A DNA stretch of 64,000 nucleotides from a bacterium (GTDB lineage: Bacteria; Patescibacteriota; Minisyncoccia; Phycocordibacterales; UBA2100): positions 39,451 through 103,450 of the forward strand of contig JAYPJF010000002.1 of assembly GCA_038128225.1 (NCBI GenBank). The letters run 5' to 3'. Position numbers and translations under genes: made by a program. Below, piece after piece: positions 38,150 to 46,435 of this stretch. The notes under the pieces were generated by a model that was not told the DNA's origin, ran no database searches, and worked only from the letters and a program-made list of their open reading frames with translations. The first letter of the stretch is position 1; each line of letters begins with the position of its first letter.

Positions 38150-39115
38150 ATGAAGCACGCATTATTCTCTGGGATGCTCGGTGCGCTCTACTTCTGTGTA
38201 GGGGCGCTACCGTTAGTTGCAGATGCTGCAACACTCCAATTTGGTGGCGCAACGCAGGGGACTGTTGGAAGCACGCTCACGATTCCGATTACCGTGAGCG
38301 CAGCACAAGGAGAATCGGTTAACGCGGTTTCTGCAACAGTGCGTTTTCCCGCTGCGCTACTTGAGGCGACCTCAATGTCTTCTTCGGGGAGCATCGTAAA
38401 TTTTTGGGTGCAGCAACCAAGTTTTTCAGCCTCAGCGGGGACAGCAGAACTTGAGGGGGTAATACTCAATCCAGGTTTTAGCTCTCAGCAAGGAATAGTT
38501 GCAACACTGACGTTTCGAGTTCGCGCTGCTGGAGCAGCAACACTCTCATTTTCTTCGGCTTCAGTTTTAGCGAATGATGGGGCGGGGAGTAACATACTCA
38601 CCGCGTCTCCGTCAAAAACACTCACCCTTACTGCTCCTGAGGTAAAGAAAGAAGAGCAAAAGAAGATCGAGCCGACGACAGGAAGCGCTGAAGAGAAAAA
38701 ACCAATCGAGGTTGTGCCGCCACCACTACGTGAAGCAACAAGCGCTCTTGAGATTTCGCCGATACAGGACGATGTCCCCGCGACGTCGACTTACCAGACG
38801 CATCCGGCACCGTCGTTCGGGTATGCACTTCCTTTAGCAACGGGGCTCGCGATCCTTGGCTGGCTCATAATACTTGCACGGTTCCTTTTCGATCGGAGAG
38901 CTAAGGTGCCGCCTTTGAAACGTATCGCTGCAGCCGACCGCGCACTCCACCAAGCGCTTAAAGACCTACGATCTGACCTCTCGCACGAACTGAAACATTT
39001 GCGCGCAAAAGAGGGCGCAGGCACGCTAACGGTCGAGGAACGGCATATTTTGAAGCGTTTTGCAGGAGCGATGAACGAATTTGATAAAATTGACTCCGAC
39101 TCGGAGCGAGCGTAA
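38150..39115 (+). CDS. Cohesin-domain membrane protein
   Basis: VGSTLTIPITV..VNAVSATVRFP..SIVNFWVQQPSF..NPGF..ATLTFR..VLANDG.G; TM; helical tail. Confidence 0.8.
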   Translation: MKHALFSGMLGALYFCVGALPLVADAATLQFGGATQGTVGSTLTIPITVSAAQGESVNAVSATVRFPAALLEATSMSSSGSIVNFWVQQPSFSASAGTAELEGVILNPGFSSQQGIVATLTFRVRAAGAATLSFSSASVLANDGAGSNILTASPSKTLTLTAPEVKKEEQKKIEPTTGSAEEKKPIEVVPPPLREATSALEISPIQDDVPATSTYQTHPAPSFGYALPLATGLAILGWLIILARFLFDRRAKVPPLKRIAAADRALHQALKDLRSDLSHELKHLRAKEGAGTLTVEERHILKRFAGAMNEFDKIDSDSERA

Positions 39116-39159
39116 GAAGACCACTTGCTTTTGGAAGAAGAGCGAGTAGAGTGCCGTAC

Positions 39160-39528
39160 ATGAAATACAAATACACAGCCATCGTCGGGGCGATTCTTAT
39201 TCTTGCGGGATTGTTTGTATGGGGTTCTTTTGGGCGTGCTGCACAACCACAAGCAGAAGAGCCAGTGCGCCACCTGGTCGAGGTATCAGGTAACATTGTT
39301 CATGGTGAGCCGCAGAGAACTAAGCATGGGTGGCGTTTTAAAGAAAATGGCAACGTATTTGAGCTCGCTTTTTCTTCTCAAAGCATATGTGCAGGAAAAA
39401 CATCTTCTGGTATTTGTAACCCCACAAAGTTTATTGATGGACGTGCGGCGGATCTAGAAGGAGAACTTGTTGATGGGCTTTTGCGTGTGTACAAGCTTAC
39501 ATTTACTGAACCAGTAACGACTCAATAA
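39160..39528 (+). CDS. Exported hypothetical protein
   Basis: N-terminal TM; TTGCTT-16-TAGAGT-N7-ATG. Confidence 0.65.
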   Translation: MKYKYTAIVGAILILAGLFVWGSFGRAAQPQAEEPVRHLVEVSGNIVHGEPQRTKHGWRFKENGNVFELAFSSQSICAGKTSSGICNPTKFIDGRAADLEGELVDGLLRVYKLTFTEPVTTQ

Positions 39529-39529
39529 T

Positions 39530-39970
39530 ATGCGCCTCCGCGTCGTTTTGAGCATTCTCGCGGCACTACTCATATGTACGGGAGTGTACTTGTTGCTTCT
39601 GAAACCTGATCACGATGGTGTGCAAAAGACCTCTTCTGTCATCATGCCGCCGACGGTTACGTGGCTTTTTGCAGAAAGTGCTGCCGCTGGTCCGGAAACT
39701 CCACCCAAAACGAAAGTGATTATCCGAACAGAACGAGGCCTTAAAGATGTAGGCATGTATGACGGAACATGTTTTGATGTTGCAGGCTCGAACTGGGAAT
39801 TAGTCAGTGGAGAAATATCCGCCGTGATTTGTTATTGGGCAGGAGGCGGCACGGAAATTGGTGTGTTTGAAGAAAATGGAGAGTATGTGGTGAAAGAAGG
39901 GGTTATTGAGGAGCCCACCGAAGAAACCGACGGCATTCGAGGTGTATTTAAGACACTCTTTGTGCTTTAA
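39530..39970 (+). CDS. Exported hypothetical protein
   Basis: N-terminal TM; GTC...CYWAGGG. Confidence 0.7.
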   Translation: MRLRVVLSILAALLICTGVYLLLLKPDHDGVQKTSSVIMPPTVTWLFAESAAAGPETPPKTKVIIRTERGLKDVGMYDGTCFDVAGSNWELVSGEISAVICYWAGGGTEIGVFEENGEYVVKEGVIEEPTEETDGIRGVFKTLFVL

Positions 39971-39996
39971 AGGGAATGGGTAATTGAACTGAAAAC

Positions 39997-40025
39997 AAAA
40001 ACACCCAGCAGCGCTGGGTGTTTTT
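39997..40025. terminator. Bidirectional intrinsic terminator
   Basis: AAAAACACCCAGC-agc-GCTGGGTGTTTTT between convergent genes. Confidence 0.85.
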
Positions 40026-40037
40026 GGTACGAGTCGT

Positions 40038-41717
40038 TTATAAACCTGGTGTCGGTGTTTCTCGGTCTACCCAATCACTTGCGGTATTGGTGTCAGTAGT
40101 TACTGACGATCGAGCAATCGAGTGACCGTCTGCGACTGACGCGGTTGATGGATCAAACGCTGTTGTATTTGACCCCCACGAAACTGCGTCAACCACAGTG
40201 TCTCCGCTTTTTAGAAACACTCCGTCGCTCGAATTACTCAAACCGTTGCCGATTGAGCCGCCCAGAACAACTACCGGTACACCCCCGGGGAAACTCCAGA
40301 AGTTCGCGGTTGTGCTGGTGCCGGTGACAATGAGGTATCCTCCTGCTGCGATCGTTGTTGTTGCAGGGAAGGCATCAGTTGAAGTAGCGTCCATGATAGA
40401 CCATCCGCTTATGTCGACAGGGGAAGCTGTGGGGTTATAAAGTTCCACCCACTCATTTCCGGGGTCGTCACCGTGAGCCGTGTCAGGATTATAGTACGCC
40501 TCACTGATAATGACATGAGCAACTTGCGGCGCGGGTTCAAGTACCGTCACCACGACGCTGTCCGCCGCTTCACCGCCCAATCCAGAGCACGTGAGCGTGT
40601 ATGTGCTTGTAGTCGCTGGACTTGCTGCAATCGAACTGTTGAGCGGAACTGCGCCACTCCATGCTCCTGAGCCTGTGCAGGTTGTTGCCTGTGTTGACGC
40701 CCACGAAAGCGTCGTAGTTCCGCCACGGGTAATAGTTGTTGGGTTGGCCGTCAAATCCACCGTCGGCATTGGGTGTGGACTTACGGTCACGGTTTCCGAT
40801 TCAGATACTGAACCTCCCGCGCCCGTACAGGTGAGCGTGTACGTTGTTGTCGTTGCAGGGGTAACTACCATGGAGCCTGAGGTGTCTTTTGACCCCGACC
40901 AGCCATCTGAGGCGGTGCACGCGGTGGTGTTTGTTGAACTCCAGCTGATAAGCGAGCTTGTGCCTACAAGGATACTCGCCGGGTTAACGGTAAGCGAAAG
41001 AGTTGGTGTGGGCGCTGGTGTAACCGTAACCGTTGTTGTGCCCGAAACCGATCCTCCGTTTCCTGTGCACGTAAGAACATACTGCGCGGTTGTGGTAGGA
41101 GAGACGCCCTCGCTGCCTGAAGTTGTTTTTAACCCACTCCAATTGCCTGATGCGGTGCAGCCGTTTGCGTTTGCAGCAGTCCATGAGAGTGTCGCGCTGT
41201 TGCCGGACACTATCGTTGTTGGGCTAGCGCCGAAGGTAAGAGTTGGCTGCGAGGGCGGCGCCGCGTTTACGGTAACCGTTGCGGAATCGCTTGTGGATCC
41301 AGTCGCATTACTGCAGGTGAGTGTGTATGTAGTCGTTGTTGCTGGGGAGACACTCAGAGAGCCATTTTTTTCTTGAGCGCCACTCCAACCACCGGAAGCC
41401 GTACACGTTTCGGCGTTTGCACTTGACCAGGTAAGTAACGATGAGCTGCCCACAGTAATCGACTCTGGGTTACTTACGTGAGATACGGTAGGTACAGGCA
41501 GCGGCGGAGTCTCACGACACATCCATAACTGCACGTGACTCGGGAACCGTTGTTTCAGCGGTTTAAGACCTTCGCACACTTGATCGTAAATATGGTTACG
41601 CAGATCATCGTATCGAAGTGGCGAATGATACGCGGAGCCAGCCTCAAGGACACCGACTCCTGCCGATAAAAACACAAGAGTTAATAAACCAAGCCAAGAA
41701 GCACGAAGTAATGCCAT
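40038..41717 (-). CDS. Surface protein with four Ig-like repeats and a lamin-tail domain
   Basis: 4x hxWxxxxAxxCTxSxxWSG...YxLTC; IISEAYYNP..EWVELYN..PTPG. Confidence 0.85.
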   Translation of the reverse strand: MALLRASWLGLLTLVFLSAGVGVLEAGSAYHSPLRYDDLRNHIYDQVCEGLKPLKQRFPSHVQLWMCRETPPLPVPTVSHVSNPESITVGSSSLLTWSSANAETCTASGGWSGAQEKNGSLSVSPATTTTYTLTCSNATGSTSDSATVTVNAAPPSQPTLTFGASPTTIVSGNSATLSWTAANANGCTASGNWSGLKTTSGSEGVSPTTTAQYVLTCTGNGGSVSGTTTVTVTPAPTPTLSLTVNPASILVGTSSLISWSSTNTTACTASDGWSGSKDTSGSMVVTPATTTTYTLTCTGAGGSVSESETVTVSPHPMPTVDLTANPTTITRGGTTTLSWASTQATTCTGSGAWSGAVPLNSSIAASPATTSTYTLTCSGLGGEAADSVVVTVLEPAPQVAHVIISEAYYNPDTAHGDDPGNEWVELYNPTASPVDISGWSIMDATSTDAFPATTTIAAGGYLIVTGTSTTANFWSFPGGVPVVVLGGSIGNGLSNSSDGVFLKSGDTVVDAVSWGSNTTAFDPSTASVADGHSIARSSVTTDTNTASDWVDRETPTPGL

Positions 41718-41827
41718 ACGGGGACTTGCCTAGCTTAATAATAGGTCGTTTAAGACCAGAAACTCTATTGGTAAGTATCGCACGAGTATATGAAAACAAC
41801 GTGTGGACATGGGTTATGATGTAAAAC

Positions 41828-42451
41828 ATGAAGCTTGTCTACTTCGTGCGCCATGGACAAAGCGAGGCAAATGTCGGGGCGGTATTTCAAGGAGCCGAAT
41901 CGCCGCTTACGGCGACTGGAAGAAAACAAGCGTCTCGGATTGCGGCACGCGTGGCGAGACTGCCTGTCGAAGTGGTGATTGTAAGTCCTCTGAAGCGAGC
42001 ACAGGAAACCGCAGAATGTATTAAAGCACATACTACGGCCCCGATCATTACAAGCCCGTTATTCCAGGAACGAAAGAAACCTCGTGGTCTTGAAGGGAAG
42101 TCGCTCCATGACCCGAAAGCGCAGCATGTATACCACGCGTGGGTGCGAACATTGTTTGCACGCAACCGAGAGCTTCACAGTGGCGAAAATTACGAACGCT
42201 TAGTAAAGCGAGCTCAACAGGCGCTGCGTTTTCTCGAGAAACGCTCTGAGCAGCATATCGCTGTGGTGACCCACGGTTTCTTTATGCGAATACTCGCTGC
42301 GATAGTGATACATGGGAAGGCAAACCCCGACATTGTGCGTGTGTTTGCCAAAGGGCTTGAGATGGAAAACACAGGTTTAACCGTATTTCGCTTCACTCCT
42401 GAACGCGGGTGGCAGCTATGGATTTGGAATGACCATTCACACCTCGGCTGA
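41828..42451 (+). CDS. Histidine phosphatase family protein
   Basis: RHGQS, SPLKRAQETA, VTHG, WNDHSHL. Confidence 0.93.
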   Translation: MKLVYFVRHGQSEANVGAVFQGAESPLTATGRKQASRIAARVARLPVEVVIVSPLKRAQETAECIKAHTTAPIITSPLFQERKKPRGLEGKSLHDPKAQHVYHAWVRTLFARNRELHSGENYERLVKRAQQALRFLEKRSEQHIAVVTHGFFMRILAAIVIHGKANPDIVRVFAKGLEMENTGLTVFRFTPERGWQLWIWNDHSHLG

Positions 42452-42538
42452 GTTGTACACAGAACCTGCTGGCAGTGGGGTGTGAGTGCGTTAGCATTAA
42501 CCCAAGGTCGATTTTATGCCTTTTCTAAAGGAAAAAGT

Positions 42539-42769
42539 ATGAATACGAAAATGCTCCACATGGCCGCGTTTCTGTTGGTGATTGTAGGCGCCCTCAATTG
42601 GCTCCTCGTCGGCCTTGCTGGATGGGATATTGGCCAGATCTTCGGCGGCATGGATGCGGTAATTTCTCGCATCGTGTATGTGCTCGTTGGTCTCTCAGGC
42701 ATTTATCTCCTTGTTACCCACAAAAAAGATTGCAAACATTGTGGTAGTAACAATACTGCGATGATGTAA
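42539..42769 (+). CDS. DUF378 small membrane protein
   Basis: LVIVGALNWLLVG...IVYVLVGLSG. Confidence 0.9.
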   Translation: MNTKMLHMAAFLLVIVGALNWLLVGLAGWDIGQIFGGMDAVISRIVYVLVGLSGIYLLVTHKKDCKHCGSNNTAMM

Positions 42770-42788
42770 TGCATCGAACGCTTTGGGA

Positions 42789-42816
42789 ACAACACGGCCC
42801 TCTGCGGCCGTGTTGT
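42789..42816 (+). terminator. GC hairpin
   Basis: ACAACACGGCC-ctctgc-GGCCGTGTTGT. Confidence 0.55.
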
Positions 42817-42833
42817 GCTATGCTTTGAATACC

Positions 42834-43904
42834 ATGTCAATATTTCGGATGCCGAAAGCACCTTCGTGGTTTGAGCCATACGTGCGCTACATCCCAACTG
42901 TTGCGCTTGTTTGGGGTATTATTTGGGACTCGCTCACACTGAGCCGCCCGGATCGCATTTTTGATAATCTTGTCGTACTTGCATACCTCACGCTTTCCGC
43001 GGGGATAATAGTACTCCTCAACATGGAACATAAGCGGCGCAGCATAGAACCGCTACTTCTTTTAGGCGTTCTTCAGTTTAGTTTTGGCAACCTGACAAGT
43101 GCACTCCTAATTTTGTACACAAAAAGTGGCACTATCATCGGAGGGGCGCTTTTTCTCGGGTTACTTGCACTTCTTTTGGTGAGTAACGAAGTGTTGCGTG
43201 AACGATATCAGCGCCTTCAGGTTCATATTGCGGTATGGTACCTTCTTGTACTTGCATACGCCGTTCTTATTGTGCCGGTACTCGTGGGCTCGATCGAATG
43301 GTATATGTTTTTTATGAGTCTTGGGGTTGCCCTCGGTGCCGCCATCGGACTTTTAAGTGTTGTGCACGCGGTAAGCCCGACAACAGTATGGAATCGTGTG
43401 CGGAATGTCGGTCCTTCAATAACTGCAGTTTCAATTGCGGTTATCGGACTCTACGCATTTAACTGGATTCCACCGGTCCCTCTCGCGCTTAAACATGTTG
43501 GTGTATATCACGCGGTGACTCGCACGGCAGAGGGATATGAGCTTACATACGAGGCGCCTTCGCGGCTCGCTTTTTGGCGATCCACAAGCGCAACGTATAA
43601 CCATCAAGGACAGCCAGCTTTTTGCGTCAGTGCCATATTTGCTCCAAAAAATCTGTCGCTTACGATCTACCATCGGTGGGAAAAGTGGAGTGAGGAACGA
43701 GAAGATTGGGACACCGTAAGCCTGATTCCATTTTCTATGAACGGGGGACGTGATGAGGGTTACCGTGGCTATTCTGAAACGAACCGTCTTACTCCAGGGT
43801 TGTGGCGCTGCGATGTTGAAACAGAACGGGGAGCCCTTATCGGCCGGGTAAAATTTTTTGTTCAGGAGGGTACTCCGACAGAATTATTTACCCGAGCGCT
43901 ATAA
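42834..43904 (+). CDS. DUF2914-domain membrane protein
   Basis: Multiple TMs, IPPVPL, GGRDEGYRGYS, GLWRCDVET. Confidence 0.85.
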   Translation: MSIFRMPKAPSWFEPYVRYIPTVALVWGIIWDSLTLSRPDRIFDNLVVLAYLTLSAGIIVLLNMEHKRRSIEPLLLLGVLQFSFGNLTSALLILYTKSGTIIGGALFLGLLALLLVSNEVLRERYQRLQVHIAVWYLLVLAYAVLIVPVLVGSIEWYMFFMSLGVALGAAIGLLSVVHAVSPTTVWNRVRNVGPSITAVSIAVIGLYAFNWIPPVPLALKHVGVYHAVTRTAEGYELTYEAPSRLAFWRSTSATYNHQGQPAFCVSAIFAPKNLSLTIYHRWEKWSEEREDWDTVSLIPFSMNGGRDEGYRGYSETNRLTPGLWRCDVETERGALIGRVKFFVQEGTPTELFTRAL

Positions 43905-45053
43905 AGGTTGTTCGATACCCACTTCAATCTGGAGGTGGGTCTCGACAGATGTCGTAGCGGTCGTAGTTGCAGTGCTTGTGGCTGTGGGCAATGTATCATC
44001 GTCCGCCTGCTCAGACACTTCGCTCTCACCGTCTTCTTGTACTGCGAGCATAAGATCAAGCGATCGCTCGAAACGGGTTTCAGCTTCCTCGAGGCGTCCT
44101 TCCGCAAACGCTGAGGCTCCAACGATACGTTCTCGTTCAGCTTCGTTGAAGCGTTCGCGCGCCGATTGTGCGACATCGCTTCCTAAACGTTTCTCGAGGC
44201 GCGATACGACACGGTCAGTATTTTTTGAACGTTCATGGGCCGTTTCAATGAGTCCTGCAACTCGGCCGCGCAATTCTTCGCGTGGCGGTTCTGATGCGGT
44301 AAGCGTGCTAAGTTCCGCGGCATTTGGTGCGGTGTCGGTTGCGGTGGGCGGCTCGATAGTGAGCGCCATTGTTCTTACCTCAGCCGCGTCCTCGGTGCTC
44401 GCTTTTGCCTGGGCCATCTCTGCGTGAGGTGTAGCGGAGAAGGCAAGGCGGACGGAAGAGCGTATGATGCGGTCACGTGCTTTTTCAGCAGCCAAGATGC
44501 GTGACTGGATATGTGCTTGTAGCTCTCGGGTGCCCGTGTCGGCCATACGTGATTCGGATGTTTCTGGTGTGGTTTCCACGTTATCTACAGCGCGGTGGGC
44601 GTCTTCTGCGTGTGCAGTAATATGTGCGTCGAGCTCGGTGCGGATTTCTGGTGTGAGGCGGTCCTCTGCCATGAGAAGTGTTGCTTCCGCGATCCTTCGC
44701 TCTGCGCGCTCAACCGCCCATAACGCTTGTTTTTCGCTCGAGACAATGAGTGCCGCGCGCACTTCTTCGGTGATAGAGACCTTGATTGGATACAGGGCGT
44801 CGCCAGGCAGTGCGTGTTCTGCAGCAAAAACAGTTCCACCAGACAATAGGATAATGAGAGAGAATGCGATGAGCGGAAGAGGGCGCAAGAAAGCAATGCC
44901 GATGAACCATGGAGACCGCTCTATAGCTTTGGTACGTATAGGTTTGTGCGCGATGTACGAAGTAAGAAACGTGTACATTCTCTCTTTTTCAGCGCTGGTC
45001 AACTGCTCGCGGCGCGCTTGGTCAAAAAATGTATCCGTGTGATCGTACTTCAT
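43899..45053 (-). CDS. DUF5667-like protein, putative anti-sigma factor
   Basis: TM then ALPGDALYPIK..E, AERRIAE; coupled to the ECF sigma gene. Confidence 0.75.
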   Translation of the reverse strand: MKYDHTDTFFDQARREQLTSAEKERMYTFLTSYIAHKPIRTKAIERSPWFIGIAFLRPLPLIAFSLIILLSGGTVFAAEHALPGDALYPIKVSITEEVRAALIVSSEKQALWAVERAERRIAEATLLMAEDRLTPEIRTELDAHITAHAEDAHRAVDNVETTPETSESRMADTGTRELQAHIQSRILAAEKARDRIIRSSVRLAFSATPHAEMAQAKASTEDAAEVRTMALTIEPPTATDTAPNAAELSTLTASEPPREELRGRVAGLIETAHERSKNTDRVVSRLEKRLGSDVAQSARERFNEAERERIVGASAFAEGRLEEAETRFERSLDLMLAVQEDGESEVSEQADDDTLPTATSTATTTATTSVETHLQIEVGIEQPL

Positions 45054-45550
45054 ATGATGTGTAATTTTGTTCGTAGTTGCGCGAGGCCACGATTAATACG
45101 TACTGAAACGACGTTCGGTGTCAGTGAAAGCACTCGCGCAATCTCCGCAGGCGTTAACCCTTCCATATAGCGTAAGGTGAGCGGCACGCGGTACGTTTCA
45201 TCGAGGGAAGACAACACGGAGCGGATATGCGCAAACTCAGCGGTGGTGTGTTGGGCCTCATTGGTTGAGGGTTCGAACCCGCTTTCCTCGAGCACGTCGA
45301 GAGAAACGCTTTTCTTTTTCCGATAAAAATCAATAATTGCGTTATGGGCCGTACGGTACAAAAACGCCTTCCACGAGTCGATAGCCCCTCCTTCGCGGAC
45401 GTAGTCCCATGTCTTTGCGAATACATCTTGAGTGAGGTCAAGCGCCTGCTCGCGCGCGCCCACACGGCTTAAACAAAAGCGGAAAATGCCATCGGCGTGT
45501 TCTTTGTGTGCTGCCAGGAATGCTTCTTCACTCTGAGACGGTTTACCCAT
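45050..45550 (-). CDS. ECF sigma-70 factor
   Basis: DLTQDVF, FLYRTAHNAIIDFYRK, EIARVL, VSVRINRG. Confidence 0.93.
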   Translation of the reverse strand: MGKPSQSEEAFLAAHKEHADGIFRFCLSRVGAREQALDLTQDVFAKTWDYVREGGAIDSWKAFLYRTAHNAIIDFYRKKKSVSLDVLEESGFEPSTNEAQHTTAEFAHIRSVLSSLDETYRVPLTLRYMEGLTPAEIARVLSLTPNVVSVRINRGLAQLRTKLHII

Positions 45551-45598
45551 ACATTCCTTACCATCCTACGTGAAATATTACATGCTACAATCCCCCCG

Positions 45599-46435
45599 AT
45601 GCGTATCGTAATCGGCGTTCTCTGTATAGGGTGTATCGTTTTCTCGTTTTTTGCCGTTGAGTCGTTGCGACGTGATCTTGAGTGGGAAACCACAATGGTG
45701 CGTACACAACACGCAGAGGAGCCGAGTGTCGTTACTGGAGTTACTACAGAAACAGACGCACGGATCCCAAAAAGTCTCGGTGTTCAAGAAGTGATCGTTG
45801 ACGAGGAGCATAAAACTTCAGAAAACACATCGCAGACACCCATAATGCAACAAGCCGAAAAGGGCGAATCATTTGCGAGCGCGTGGAAACATGCAAAAGC
45901 GACCATGTTTTGGGTTGGCGAGGATGCAACTTCTGACAATGGGTTTATTCACAATAGCGCGAGTGCGTGGGATGAAATCTGGGAGACGCATTTTGGGGGC
46001 GTTGATGACCCAGAGACCCGTTGTGGGTATCATCCGTGCGGGTTCACGCCAAAACAAAACCCTTTCTACGTTGCGCTTCCTTATAATGATTTTGATGATG
46101 AGGGGAATCGGAAGGCAAACGCGTCACGCGTGCCGTGGTTTGATGATAGGTCATCGGGATCATTGCTTGAAAATCGATGGGTTGAGGTACGCCGAAATGG
46201 CGTCTCGTGTTTTGGTCAGTGGCAGGATGTTGGACCGTTTGAGGAAGACGACGTTGAGTATGTGTTCGGTGATGCGGCTGCGCCGAAAAATACCACCATT
46301 GTTGGGGCGGGCATCGATCTCTCCCCGGCGCTTTCAGATTGCCTAAGCCTTGGCGGTTTGGGCGAGGTGGAATGGAGGCATGTGGCCACAGAGCGTGTAG
46401 TTCGTGGACCTTGGACCGACATCGTCACCCATTAA
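45599..46435 (+). CDS. Exported double-psi-barrel-like putative glycan-active protein
   Basis: T.FWVGE, NPFYVALPY, NRWVEV, QWQDVGP, AGIDLSPA. Confidence 0.55.
   Translation: MRIVIGVLCIGCIVFSFFAVESLRRDLEWETTMVRTQHAEEPSVVTGVTTETDARIPKSLGVQEVIVDEEHKTSENTSQTPIMQQAEKGESFASAWKHAKATMFWVGEDATSDNGFIHNSASAWDEIWETHFGGVDDPETRCGYHPCGFTPKQNPFYVALPYNDFDDEGNRKANASRVPWFDDRSSGSLLENRWVEVRRNGVSCFGQWQDVGPFEEDDVEYVFGDAAAPKNTTIVGAGIDLSPALSDCLSLGGLGEVEWRHVATERVVRGPWTDIVTH

Noticed and set aside
40591-41376. 261-aa plus-strand ORF, and similar antisense ORFs such as 43858..44427, 44464..45042 and 35225..35884
   Set aside because: These are antisense shadows of well-supported genes on the other strand.
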